The notes beneath the pieces are model-generated. The model worked only from the letters and a program-made list of their open reading frames with translations, made no database searches and was not told the DNA's origin. DNA of 64,000 bases from Eledone cirrhosa (Eukaryota): NCBI GenBank assembly GCA_964016885.1, contig OZ024749.1, positions 46,872,001-46,936,000 of the forward strand. Reading direction: 5' to 3'. The stretch's first letter is position 1. Every line of letters starts with the position of its first letter. Shown here in pieces: positions 13,492-28,397 of the stretch. A program made the position numbers and the translations under genes.

Positions 13492-15679
13492 CTATATGTG
13501 TGTAGATAAGACGATATGGCGTAAACTGTAGCGAAAATAAAAATGACATTGGTAGATAAATATATATGATGCATTACATTACAGATTAAAATGTGCTGTG
13601 GATAGTTTGCTTTATGAGTTCGTCTGTCTCTCGACATAAAAAAATCATACATTGCTTTAGGTTATAACCTATTGCGGATATAATTTGTTCAGAGTTTACA
13701 AATAATTAGTAGCTATCAGCTATCAGCTCTAAACATCATATATGACATAAAGTATGTGCACAACTTATATTCAAACAAGATATACAAAGCCAAATTATAT
13801 TCTAAAATATACCCACAAATCAAATATTTGACTGATGTTTCTTGAGTTTTAATGGTGTAATTGGGTATTTACATCTCACACAAAAAAACCGAACTTTCAA
13901 GGACAATAATCTCATATGCAGGCAATTACACACCCCACTCCACGCAAAACTCGTTATTCTAAAGTATTTATTTTAAGTTGTATTTATTTTAAGTTGTATT
14001 CGAAACACTAGATCAACAATGAGAAAGTTAGTTATATTCCTAACATATTCCAAATTCTTGATTGGTTTCAATACGATCTGTAAATCATAGGTTGCATGTT
14101 TTCATTAAGAATCTCGTTAGGAATGTGATAACAAATATTTCTCATGATTATGTTTTTCGTTATTGTGTTCCTTGATGAAAAATAAATTCAAATTCATATA
14201 TTTATTTATTTCATATTATGGTGGAAAATATTTTTAATTATTGTTCCCCTTGTCATTGTATTTTGAATATTATTGCAAATTTGAATATATGCATATGAAA
14301 GGTTAAAGATTATTTCGCACACCTCTTTACTAATCACCATTGCTTGCGAGAATATTAATATTTATATATTTAATAATCAGATTATTTTAGATTTAAAGGT
14401 AATTGTAACACACGGGTTGAGTTGTTCGTATATTTGAAATACATTCCGATTAAACATAATACATAATGTTACTGATATCAGAATAATCAAAACATATTAC
14501 CATAATGTTTTGAATTAGCTATTCTTTTAAATGTTAGTATTGAAATCACACAATTTTTCTCATAGTTTATTTGTTGCATGTTATAGATATTAAAACGTCT
14601 TGTCTAACGCGGATATTTTGGGCTACCATTGCCCAAATTCAGTTTTTAATCATTGAGATTGAAATCGAACGGACACAGTTGTAAACATAACATTAAACAT
14701 GCATAAACATTGTTGTGTTCCGTGAGGAAAACCCTCATATCTCACCCCCCCCCCCCCATTAGTTTATGACTGATAACAATTAATTGTAATATATAACAAA
14801 ATACGTATTGTGAACAAATCTCAGCAGCGTTTAACTGATCCATATATGAAAAAAATATGTTGAATCAAATTTCGGCTCTTTAGAGTAAGTTGCTTCATAA
14901 CATCAGGAATTTTACTGTGAAATATGTAGTTTATATTTTGAATGGAATCTCTGAGTTAATGACGAATGAATGAGAATCTGATAGTGTAACGTTCGTTGTG
15001 TGGTTCATATTTCAGTTTGATTATTTCGAAGATGGCAATCATTATGACATTCATGGCGGAGACGATAATGAGAATGATGATGAAAAGGATAACGAAGAAG
15101 ATGACCATAATAGTGCAGATGGGAAAGAGGTACAATAATGACGGGTGTTCTTATTGAATCATTACTTATCAGATTATGTTGTAAGAACAAATAGGAACAA
15201 TAAAACGGTGTCATTTACTTTCAAATACGTCATAGCTCACGTTACGGAGTTTATGAAAATTCTGGTTTGAACGATGTTGTTCACTCTTGTAAGAATAATA
15301 TATATTATAATTACTCTTTAGTAAGTAATTATTGCTTGCCTCGACATATCTCATGGGCTCCCAAGTTTCTGTTGATGGTTATCCCGAAATGATTTTACAC
15401 TTTATACAATACCATGTATTAATTGTTTTGTTCTTCACAACTGTGCAATTAATTCCTATTTTAAAGAATTAATCTCACTAATGTATAAGGCTTCAGCCAT
15501 CCTATTTCTGAAAATGATTTTGGCAATATGTGCTCGTGTGTATTAATATCCTAATTTATGTGCGTATCCTTTGGCGATGAAAAATAAAATTATTCCGTAG
15601 TCCAATGTAATATTAGTGACCAGATTTTGTATCTACTTCAACATATATTACCTATGATAAATCTTCCGACTACCCGTTA

Positions 15680-16130
15680 TGATATCCATCTCCCACACCA
15701 GTCTCATTACATTAAATTCAACTTTAATTTGTTTTAGCCAAGACATATTAGTAGCTGGGTGCACATTAATTTCCTTTATACTTCTAACACGGCCACATTC
15801 GTCCATAACGCATACCTCAATCATTACATTCACAACATTCATCAATTCCTGTATTTACATAATTACATTGTTTGAGTTCCCTTTGAGTGATAATCACGTC
15901 ATCCATAATAGAAATCTGATAACCATATTTGGAGATTTCAATGCTGCTCTATCTAAACCAGCTATGCATAAAGTAACGTAAATGTCGGAATTCCACACAT
16001 ACATTTCTATTTTTAGTACATGTATTCATGGTTAGAACGTCATTCACTTCCTGTAACATCATCATACGTAATTCTCCCATTTTAGACTTGGTTCACACAA
16101 ATCGAATTCTTCATTTAGCATGTTTCCTCC
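15680..16130 (+). pseudogene. Highly decayed APE-type LINE endonuclease remnant
   Basis: Motifs TIFGDFNA (ORF 15679-15981) and SPILDLVHTN (ORF 16028-16252) appear in the expected order. Confidence 0.5.
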
Positions 16131-16530
16131 ATTTAAATGTACATATATATTTCACAACTTACATCTTCACACCTTTCCCAATATTTAGCTCAAGGTCCTC
16201 CAGATCTACGAGTGACGTTGCTAGCTATATATACATTATTTTGTTTGAATAAACAATTTCAAATAAATTTGCCGTCTAAATTGATGAAGTTTAGCTGTTT
16301 CTCTTTAAAGAATAATAATAAATGAAACACTTTTGATTGGAAGTGTTTTGTTTGAATGAAAAAATCAGCTATCACTGCAAGCAGTATTCATATTCATTAT
16401 GAATGATGAATATTTAACTTCATAGCGGAACTAACTTCTATTTGGAATGAAAAATGAGAATATGAAAACCAACTTATTCAGTTACCTGTCTCGATGTTGA
16501 TCAGAGAAAAAGTATACCTCACGCACAAAC

Positions 16531-16682
<152 letters not shown>

Positions 16683-17269
16683 CTATATCTATCTATGTAT
16701 CTATCAAATGTAAAATTGTTGCAAACTGACGAGCGAAACTGTACAGTCGGGCCTTTGAAGAAAACATCGGTATATATCTGTGACTATTACTTCTTCTTAC
16801 TTTATAATTTGTTATATATATATATATATATATATGCACTTGCATACATACATCGATATATATATATATATATATATAAGAAAACACACATTTGCACAAA
16901 TGTAACTCAACTCCACCAACGTTTTTTTCTTAAAAGTCTCAGCATCCATTCAGACAAAACGCTTTTGTTAAATAAATTACAAAACTTGGAGCGACATAAA
17001 TATCTTGAGTTATATAGAAGGTGAGAGTGAAAGAAATGTATAGAGGAAAAGAAATGCTATTGCCTTATAATTCATCATATACTTATAAATCAAATATTTT
17101 GTTTACACACTACCAACGTATGTGGACAAGGCTTTTTTTTCCGAGATTTGAAACTTCAGTCATCAATTATTACAGCTATTTGAAAAATTGCTCTCTTCTT
17201 CCTCGGTTGCGATTGTTGCTGTCGTCGCTGCGCAAGATAATAGTGTTAATGGTGTTGTTGTAACCGCCG

Positions 17270-17273
<4 letters not shown>

Positions 17274-17356
<83 letters not shown>

Positions 17357-17381
17357 ATACTACTATTATTATTATTATTAT
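17274..17381. repeat. (ACT)n then (ATT)n trinucleotide microsatellite
   Basis: Directly visible; source of the poly-T and poly-V ORFs. Confidence 0.95.
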
Positions 17382-19159
17382 TTCTCTTTCAAATTTAACA
17401 CATACAATGTTGAATAAATGTGTGTGTGTTACCTTAATATATAGCCACCACAATAAAATATACGCCCAGCTAAAAAGCTGAAATAAATATATACATTATA
17501 TAAACTGTAATGAGGTATATAGGACTAGATTTGTTTAAAAACCTATGAAACAGTACTAGTCCTGTGGAAGTCATTTCTATATAACTAATAAATAATATAT
17601 ATATATATATATATATTCATGCGTATATGCTTGTGTGTATGTATGTGTGCGTGTGAATATAACATATGTGCTATAGGTTGTGCAAACAGTTACCTATTTA
17701 TATGTATACGGATGTATGAGATTGTGTTAGTAGGCAATATGTAGAGTTAATAGTTATATCAACTTTAATATTACCATCCTCCTATTCATAATATTAATAT
17801 GTTTTGTAGAATACACAAATATCTCCTTCATACCAAATATACTTCCGTACACGCACGCATCCAAACACATTTGATCTGGCGATTAAATAAATTACAAACA
17901 TATATACATATATTTATCCTACTTAATCTCTGATCGTTGAGCATGTTTAATATGGATTTAATATTCTATATTATATAACCACAAACATATTTAAAAATCT
18001 ATAATCAATGTAATCATTATTGTTGTCATGTTTAACCCCCAAATATCCGATATGAGATATTTGTCGTAAATAAATTTATTCTAAAAGGAACACTTATCTG
18101 TAGATACATATAATCTTGTCAGTCAGTATATGAGATTTAATGTGTAGGTTCTCCGTGGCGGTTTCTGCAGAAAACTGCCGCGTAAGCTTTTGTAAACTTT
18201 GATTATGTTATATTAGGTTAATTTAGTTTTACATTTGTCTATTATTTCCACATAAATAGACGTATATGTAGCTTTAATACGCAGGTTGAATGTCAGACTC
18301 TTCAGTTGCAACCTGTTCTGCTTTGTACATACAATGGAAGAAATTCAGTTACGTTTACAATTTTTTTTTCTATTTACTTTCAATATTCTATTTCCTCGTA
18401 ATGTTAAATATATTTAACATAACATTCATTTGAAGTATTTGTTGTTTCCTCCTCTTTGAAGGTTAAACTTAATTGTCCACGGAGTCTCAGTAATACTTCA
18501 CAACACAGTTATTATGAAATACAAAGCAGTTTCTATTTGTGGAACATATTCAGACATACAAACATTCTGATCAATATCAACACACTAAGCTCTCCGTTAG
18601 AGTATGTAACGTTGAAACCAAATCTAAGAAATAATCTCATATATAAATATGAAATAAAGTGAGATATATATTGATAACGTGGCGGCAGCGTTTTGTGACC
18701 AGCGCTAATTTTTCACTTGTTAGTGGATGTTTCACTGTAAGTTAACTTTGAATATAAATATTTTCTCCTTTTATGTGCAATTTGATGTAAAATCATGAAT
18801 TAATATTACGTTGCGCGGAATGCTCACATAATGGATAATTAAAATGCTAAATATTTATACCTGGACAGAGATACCACGCATTTATAAAACACGCACTAAA
18901 CGTACTAATACACAGTATATTAGTATTGAGAACAATAACATAATATTTAATATCAAAAGAAAACAAAAACATGTCATATGAATTAACTTTGTACATTGAA
19001 AACAAATATATGCCGTATGAAAGAGTAATAGAGATGTCTGAGTGGTGGAATATATATATATTTTTAAAACTAAATGATACTGTAGTTTCGAGAATATGTA
19101 ATATATTTTCAGGAAGATGCATTAATGTTTTATGAATGTAAAAATCATAAAGATAATAG

Positions 19160-19345
19160 TGATTTCTAATTTAAGTATATTTTGTGGTGAAGGGAATGCC
19201 GGTTACATGACATCATTACTCGACGGGTATATTATGTTATCAACCCCGAAAGGAAGACATGCATATTTGACTTCGGTGGGGTTTGAACTCAAAATGTTAT
19301 ACACTGGACATAACTACTTCAAAGAATTTTATCCGATTCTTTAAT
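19160..19345 (-). mobile_element. Degenerate copy of the SINE family at 11940
   Basis: ttatcaaccccgaaaggaag...ttgacttcggtggggtttgaactc is the reverse complement of the SINE B-box and core. Confidence 0.6.
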
Positions 19346-20394
19346 GATTCTACCCGTTAACCAAACATTGTAATAAGGAAAACATGATCCAAACACAGAG
19401 CCAATACAATTCTCTTCATAATGTTAAGAATTTCTAACACACAACAATCATATATTTAGAAATACATTTTTTTTCTCACAACGTAGTCTTTAAATGTGTT
19501 CTAAACGCCTTCGGCAATATCGTTTATGGTATATAAAAATAATAAATTTTAACAATATTCTTGAATAACACTGCTCAAGAAAATTAATGTATATTTTACA
19601 TAATTTAACATAACATTCGCTAAAATCAATATATGTATATTCTAATGAATTACCGGAAAGTATTTATCGGCGAATGTTACAGAATAATAAACTGGGATAA
19701 TAAAGGCAATAAAAACTGAATTCAGAAATATATATGAAATGGAAGACAACAATTGTAGGTGAAATGAAATACCAAAATGTTGAGATAGGTCAGTTAATTT
19801 TTCTAGATGCGAGGAATAAATTACCAAAACTAATACCTAAGTTATTATCAATTATCTTTTGGAAGATAGAAAAAGAGAATATAAGGAGAATAAAGGAACT
19901 CCTCTTATATTATATATGGGATATATACACATTATTTCACATTATCGAAGTAAAGCTTGAAAGGGTACATGCGAAGTAATATAGATTTAGATAAATAAAT
20001 GCATAAAAATGAGATTCCTACTTATATGTAACTGGAAAACACAAATTAAAAAATCTATCTTTGGATTTTAAATTCATATATGATTAAACAACTGACAATG
20101 GAGGAAGGGAAACGAAGGTTTCGAAAACAGAAGACAATAAATTGCAGATTTAATGAAACATTATATGATGCAGTAAATAACATAATATTAAGAAGCGACA
20201 TAAACTATTTGGAAACAGAAGTAAATTACAAATATTCTCATAGTGTACTTCAATATATATTCCAAATTATGTAATATGTAAAAGTGACGCTTTCAAATAT
20301 AACATTGCCCATGAATATTACAATCAGAACTCTTTCTCACGTTCTTTCAAAGATATAGAAGCACAATCAAACAAACGCTCACAATCCTCACCCA

Positions 20395-20425
<31 letters not shown>

Positions 20426-20469
20426 CCCCACACCCACACCCACACACACCCACACATACCCCCCCCCCC

Positions 20470-20540
<71 letters not shown>

Positions 20541-20651
20541 GTCCTATCTTACTCTGAGGTCCTACCTTATCGAGTGCTTTGCTAACTCATCATTTCATAT
20601 AAGTAGGCCGAATTTACTTGCAAACCGCTAGAGACTCGATTTTACTGATTT

Positions 20652-20653
<2 letters not shown>

Positions 20654-20685
<32 letters not shown>

Positions 20686-20689
20686 CTTA

Positions 20690-20742
<53 letters not shown>

Positions 20743-20785
20743 CTTACTTATATATATATATATATATGTATATATATAATACTTA

Positions 20786-20824
<39 letters not shown>

Positions 20825-20838
20825 CTTACTTATATATG

Positions 20839-20920
<82 letters not shown>
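20654..20920. repeat. (TA)n array carrying four copies of TAATACTTACTTA
   Basis: Units near 20681, 20738, 20777 and 20820, separated by (TA)n of variable length. Confidence 0.9.
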
Positions 20921-21165
20921 ATTATAGTTGATAGTTGAATGTTGTATTGCCACACATCGATTAATTAATTAATTAATTTTCTGTTAATTTCTTTGTGGAT
21001 TTAATATGCATTTCCAGTGACCTGCTCTGTTTGCACTAATTTCGTGCTAAATTCAGATATATCAATCGTTGTAGTCATGTCTATTATGTATAAATATCAA
21101 TAAGTGCAGAATGTGTGCGTGATGTTAAAGGAATATCCATTGTGGTAGAACACTCAGTCCATGGG

Positions 21166-21245
21166 ACGTGGTAACACAACAGTTATTTCACCATACCGAG
21201 AACAATTGTTCTCGGCATGGTGAACTAACTGTTGTGTAACCACGT
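21166..21245. repeat. 80-bp near-perfect spacerless palindrome
   Basis: acgtggtaacacaacagttatttcaccataccgagaacaa|ttgttctcggcatggtgaactaactgttgtgtaaccacgt, followed by (TA)n. Confidence 0.93.
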
Positions 21246-21312
21246 ATATATATATATATATATATATAGATAGGTAAATATACACGGGTGTGTATGATTG
21301 TGTATAGAAGAT

Positions 21313-21554
21313 TATATTAATAAGAGGAATTCCAACTTTGTCTGATTTACTCGTTTTATTTACAATCCTTTAAAATATATATAATGGTATTATAATGAAC
21401 TAGTATGATAGAATATTAAATCCTAAGTGTTAATTAACACTTAGAATTTAATATTCTATCATACTATTTCATTATAATACCATTATATATATTTTAAAGG
21501 ATTGTAAATAAAACGAGTAAATCAGACAAAGTTGGAATTCCTCTTATTAATATA
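21313..21554. repeat. Approx. 240-bp near-perfect spacerless palindrome
   Basis: Centre ctaagtgttaa|ttaacacttag at 21433/21434; arms from tattaataagaggaattccaactttgtctgatttactcg to cgagtaaatcagacaaagttggaattcctcttattaata; followed by (TA)n. Confidence 0.95.
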
Positions 21555-24500
21555 TATATATATATACACTTATACATACGTGCAAACATATATCTATTGA
21601 TACACATGTTCATATGTATGTATATTTTTGTACATACGAATAGTTATTTCAATATACAATCGTCGTCGAAATATGTTATTATATATTGCAATTTTGCAAT
21701 AATCTACTGCGATATATTAATTTATATTACAATTCTTCTACTTCATGTGTGATTTGACATTCAATATTTTATTAACACGCTTTTTATTGTTACTTTCTGT
21801 TAGGATATGCTGGACTGATGTGTCGCTGGTTTTAGTAGGAATGATTTTATAACTCAATTTGTTTCAAGCGGTATCGGAGTGACTTTTTTGATTTTCATCT
21901 TCAATTCGAACGTTATTTTTTCTATGTACTTTGGAAACTTGTCTGTTATAATTTTGATCAATGTTGCATTATAGAAAATATGAATTATATTTGTTTCACT
22001 CGTGCCACAGAGATTTCATTTTTCATGGAGCACTCTATTGCACATCTTACAATATGTACATAACTTTTTTTTACTTGTCACTTAGTTTTCCTTGTATAAA
22101 AATGAAAAGTACATTGACCATACATCATGGTACTCGCACACATTTAATATTCGAATACAATGTTTTCTTTCATGAAAACATATCTAAATATATGAGCAGG
22201 CATGCTATTTCTATCGGCATGACTTCTCAAAAGTGTTGTCACTCAATAGGCCTACTTTATGTTTTTCGCTCACATTCCTATATCATTATTGTTTTAGCTA
22301 GAAATCTTATTGACGCACCTTAATTGTGTTGGTATATTCGTAGTTTTGCAGCTTTGATATATACTGTTATGTGTATGTTCAATAATTGAGTTTATTTTCT
22401 TATATAGTTATGTGGCTACCAATTGATTAGTGGCACACACAACATATAGGGGTGGTTTACTTTCTTGTCGATTGCTTTTAGTAAGAATTCCAATATTTAT
22501 GAAGAGTGGTGCAATGTGGATTAGATAATTATCACGTTCTTACTAGGGTTTATTGTCTTAACACTCGCAATGTACTCTAATAATATCTGTTCCATAATGT
22601 CTTGTGTGATAGCATTAACTACAAATGTTACGCAACACATCCATCGAATGGCATACAAGCACTTTTTAGAAATGATTCTAATCAACAGATTTAGCGGTTG
22701 AAAACTCACATTTCTATGATTAACTTAATTATGTATCCAGCACGTCACATATTATGGTTCTCTTACTTCAATTTAAAACTAATTGCATTCATATATCTGT
22801 CAATTCCGTTCACGCGCAATAGCCAGCAATATCATATGCATACATTGTGTTTCTTTTGGAAAAAAAGTGTGGGTGGTCTATCTGATTTAATTCATGTGAA
22901 GCAAATCATTTGGATTCATATGTGGTTCAGCCGTTTATGAGGAGCGTTGAGATTAATATATGTAAATAATAACTGGATAACCCGCAAGCGTATTAATTTA
23001 GAAATAAACAATAACATTGTGTGAGCATAATTTGGTTCGACTATCTAATACAAAGTTATAATAATTCAATGGAGTATCATGCGTATAAAATAATGCCCTA
23101 GCATATGGTGTATGTAAACGGGCGATTATCAAACACTACTTTTCATTGGATTAAAAAGAAACGGAAAGGAAATGGTATGTCCTTCAATTCAACAGATAAA
23201 TTGAATGTGGCTCCTATTTCCGATGGAAACGTGCTGGATTTAAGGTAAAGTTAAATACCCCTTAAATTGTATTTCCGTTTGTGTGTTTGTATGTTTATCT
23301 ATCCAGGTGTATTCCTCTGTACGCAGACCAATTGTCGGTGATCACGCAAGCACATACATAATTTTCAATATGAAAGCCAAAATATCACTTATATTGAAAT
23401 CTATAAATTCCTGAAAAAGAACACTAAAACTTTGAAAGATTTAGCTAATATATTATCGCGGAAACCATCAGATCACTATAACAAAATGTGATTTTTGTAA
23501 TATATTTCTAGTAAATAGCTCGTAACAATAAAACACCGCCATTTTGAAAATCATGACGATATTGTGAAATAATGAAATATTTGCAAAGTATAGATTATAC
23601 AGAACAGACTCTAATGGCCCATTCACAGACAATTGATTGAATCATAAATTGGTATTTGTTTGTGTGGAAATTTCTGTTGACCTTCTTCTTTTTCTTGAAG
23701 TAATTTCGCTTTGACTGTATATAGCTTTCCGCTTGTTATTACACTGCTTGCTCACGATCATGGCTTGAACGTCGGATTGGCTAGTTGATTTTCTGTTGGC
23801 TTCATAGAATATTATATTTTCATTCTCTATTTTTTATTGTATGAATTGATTGAGGAAGAGGAAGCAATGAACACAAGGTTAATCTGCAATTTGAACTTAA
23901 GTAGATTATTCAGAAAATTGTGAAGAGTATCAATGTTGATTTTTCTCTGTTATATTCTCTTTTATTTTCTTTTGTTTTAAGATATTCCTTATATTGTTTC
24001 TGTGAATATTGATTACATTCCAAGTCTTAGCCGATATTTATGAGAAATGATATATTTTTGATATTATTAATATACTGAACTTAGTATATTAACAGTACAT
24101 ATTACATCGATTAACTGTAATTGAAGTATGAAATCAACCCAGGCGCAAATTCAACAAAGAAATGTGTGACATTAAATTAGTGCTTGTGAAACATTTAAAA
24201 ATGATTTTTCCACGTTTCGTCCGACATCTCCACCTAAATATTTATGATAACATTGATTTTTAACTTTGACTAATAGCTAAACATTGGTAGAGAAAATGGA
24301 TAGAGTCGACTGAATGCTTGCAATACATTCCAGTTAATTATTTAATTTGTTTATCGAGCGCAAATAGGTTAAAGTTTAAAGTCAACCGGAATACAATTCT
24401 GAATTATATGTTAAAAGTCCGCTTTTGAACCATGTCGGCATTCGTGTTATATCACCAAAGTTATATTTAATATAATATTGATGTTCTTCACCAAACACGA

Positions 24501-26599
24501 GATCTCCATTCGAAAAGAATCTGCTATAAGCAAAGCTGTAAATATTAGCTGCTACTTACACTAATTTAAAAGATAACGAGGCCATGGGGATATTTAAAAG
24601 GGTTATTTATATGTTAATTCATATAGACTATAGGAATATGCTTAGAGAAATCTCACTATATTTACATTACCTGACAATTTCCAGGTTTTATAATCTTCCA
24701 CGTGAGAAATGTAGGGCTCCCCAAACATATGTCAGGAATTATAATCATATTTGTTTTAAAATGGGATCGTTGCATTGTTCACATTTGTGCTAGTAATACA
24801 ATTCATATGTGCAAATCCAACATCACATACTCATGCATATTATTATCATTTTTGAGAGGGAAATCAAAACGTTGCTGGACTTTACTATTTCAGTTCGTGC
24901 ACGAACAATTCAGCGATTTAGAATGGTAAGCTGTCAGATTTAAAATAACTATCGATTTTAAGTTGAACGAAAAAGTTATCAATGTCTCCTATTCAATCTC
25001 ACTGCATAACTTATTCTACTTCTCAAACTTAACTAACTAAAACTACCACCATCAACAACACTATTAGTAAAACGTAGAAAATCACGCTCCGTCTGAAAAC
25101 GCACACTTTCTCTGCATAACATGTGTTCTTTCCTGTGATACCAATCGTCCCGTGATTACTTTTCATTGTAAATATCTCGAAGCTAAATAATTCTAGTGCT
25201 ACAGGGCTTTTGTTGGCGATCTGTTATTTGCGTTCAGTATGGTCATATCCACTTTACTTTCACTGACTGCACAAATAATGAAGACGTCTATGTAATTGTA
25301 ATTCACTAACATGTAGATGCATGGGACACAGCTGTAAAGATTACCAATAAATCTTTAGGAAACGTAGTAGTTATATTCTTCCCTCCTTCAATTCTATGCA
25401 ATGATCATGACTACTAATATTCAGGTTAATTACATTTGGTGATTTCTTCAGTCATTCGTAATTAATGGCAGAAATCTATATTCCCCTAATTGTATTACGT
25501 AATATTTTATATAATGATTTTATGTCTGTCCTATATATAGCTCCTGGGGCACTTTTCACGAAAGAAAATCTGAAGCCAAGACGGACATTTATTTACATCG
25601 TTTTCACGTTCATGTATATCATTTTCTGCAGTGGTGACATGGATAGAAATAGAGGCATTACTGGGAATGCAAACGTTTCATATCAAATTCGCGACTAAGT
25701 TTCAAAGTTGATATAGAGTTTTCTCAATAACAGTCACTTCAGCATTTGTTATTTTACAAAAATGCTTTGTCAATAATACATATGTTGGTCCATGTTGTGG
25801 TTTCAATTATAGTTGGCATAACTGGAACATTTTACGACATTTGATTGCATCATTTTCAAATAATATGTTACGATATGATGGAAGTCAATCTGTTAAATTC
25901 CATTTTGGGTGACCTGGAAAAGAGATACATTTTCTGTGGTAGAAACATCGCCAACAGTTCAAATGACAAGACTGTTAACAGGCAAATTCGCCGTTTTATA
26001 AGTTCTCTTCAGTAGTTTATTTCCTTACATGAATCATGATTTTGATTAGAACGAAGGCCGGAAGAGAGTCTGTAACCCCATGCAATATTACCAGTAGCTG
26101 TCTACAGAGTATGCGAGCTGGGGAACCCTTTATTGGGCAAGTCCACACTAGTATTAAGGGACTCGTTATATCCGTGTCGGTGAGTAGTTAACTTTGAAGC
26201 TATGTGTAAGAAATATCTGGTGTCTGCATTTCTGGACAACAACCATGAGAAATATTTTTAAGGACTTATCTTGGTAGTCAAACATGGCTTTCCTTGAGGT
26301 GTCCTCACATGCATTGGTGAGATAAATTGTGACTATCATCTGTAGCCAAGGTTGAATAACCATCGATTCTATCACGGGTCACAAACTGCTACCTTCATTC
26401 TAGAAGATAGAGTAGTTAGTTTACTTCTCTTTGCTGGCTGTTGCAAGAGAAGATTTATAGTGGATAGCGATGAGGACAGGCATTTATTTCCCTAGTTGAT
26501 GAATGGAATCAATAAAAAGCCAAAATAAAAGGCACGGATATGGGAAGAAATAAAGGAAAATGAGGAAATAATATTATGAAGTAGTTGATGTTCATTATA

Positions 26600-26980
26600 G
26601 GGTAATGAAGATGAATTATTCGGATAATCATCACCTGGAGACTGATGATAAATCTAATGGCATGGTCATGTCAGAATGTACAAAACTGATGATGATGAGG
26701 ATGATGATGATGGGGAGGGAGAGAAGATTGACGTTAGTGGTAGTATTGAGGATGATGATGAAGACAACTATGCTCATTATGCTGTTTATGGTGATGATTA
26801 TACATATGGCGATAGTTAAGATGAAGAAGATGACAATGAATATGATAATTATGACGATGATTAAGGTGGCGATGATGATCATAGCGGTGATATCTATGAT
26901 GACGATGTTGTTAGTGTTATTGTTTATGATGATGACTATTATTTTATTTATTATTACATTATGATGAATATGATGAATAA

Positions 26981-27023
<43 letters not shown>

Positions 27024-27450
27024 GTGATTACAGGGACGATGATGATTATGATGAATATTGTCATTATTGTCATGTTTATGAAAATAAGGACCATGGTTTT
27101 TATATCGACTCCAAAAGACAGTGATGACAGCAATGCTAGAAAAATGAAAACAAGAAAATAGTGGTTTGGTTTAAAGACCGTGTAATGATGATTATGTTGA
27201 TGATGATGAATATGAGGAGGTGGAGATGGAGAAGCTGTAACATGATGAATATGATTATTATGAATCAGGGGAGTAAGAGGGATGTGAGAAATGAATATGT
27301 GATAATTGTCAAAAGGTGTATAACATCATTATAAGACAACAACAATTACGATGACATTCATTTATGAAAATGATAATGTTGATGATATTTATTATGATGA
27401 TTATGATGGTGAATATGATGTGCAGAAGGATGATTGCAATGACAGTAATG
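26600..27450. repeat. Degenerate (GAT)n low-complexity tract with a pure core near 26981-27022
   Basis: Directly visible; source of the poly-M and poly-I ORFs. Confidence 0.85.
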
Positions 27451-28099
27451 ATCACGATAGTGTCAGTGGAATATCTTTAACAACCACGAACTCAAGCTGC
27501 ATATCTCTTAGTTTATTCACACGTCAAACACAGATGTTGTGCTGATATAGTCAAGAAGGATGCTTTGTTCAGGTCATATGGTATTGATAAAATTATACCA
27601 AAACCATGGTTTAAAAAGGAAGAAAAATCTAATAACGCTTATTCAAGCACATAATAACTTTAGAAATATTTCTCGACTATATTGTTATAAAAGAAAAAAA
27701 TATGCTCTGAAGACATCTTCAACGCCAAAAAGTTTCAATTACAGTGTTCCTTTATAGACAGCACACAAATATATATCGGCATTTTAGATAGAATTGGTTC
27801 TTTGTGTGTATATGTGAGTTTATTTTTTTATGGTGAAAGTATAATACTATGCTACATGCCAGGTGACAGAAAGTGTTTTGGGTCTGGTCATACATTTCCA
27901 TACAAGAAAAGAGATGGTCGTTATCTCAACGAATGGAAGGCGACAGAATAAGATATGCATCAAGCGTATACGGAATATAAATAAATCGCTCTTCCGTAAT
28001 AATATGGTCGAAGAGAGGTTGACAAATATAAAATAGTTTTCATAGCATATGATATAATTTCATGCTGTTAACGCGGACACAAATACACAAAGACACACT

Positions 28100-28193
<94 letters not shown>

Positions 28194-28343
28194 CATTTAC
28201 ATACAATTATGAATAGGTCCTGATAACAGTGGCGAATGTAATGTATTGGTTTTGCCAAAAGTATATCAACTATGCTGTGTTTGTATGTAGGATACTTTCA
28301 TCGTGTGTTGTATATGAAAATAGAAACGCTATATATATATATG

Positions 28344-28397
<54 letters not shown>

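Noticed and set aside
20654-20850. CRISPR-like repeat-spacer array
   Set aside because: The spacers are pure (TA)n, the context is eukaryotic, and there are no cas genes.
25800-26400. Possible APE-domain relic on - (SP..NG..QIDF-like)
   Set aside because: Only one weak motif, spread across frameshifts.
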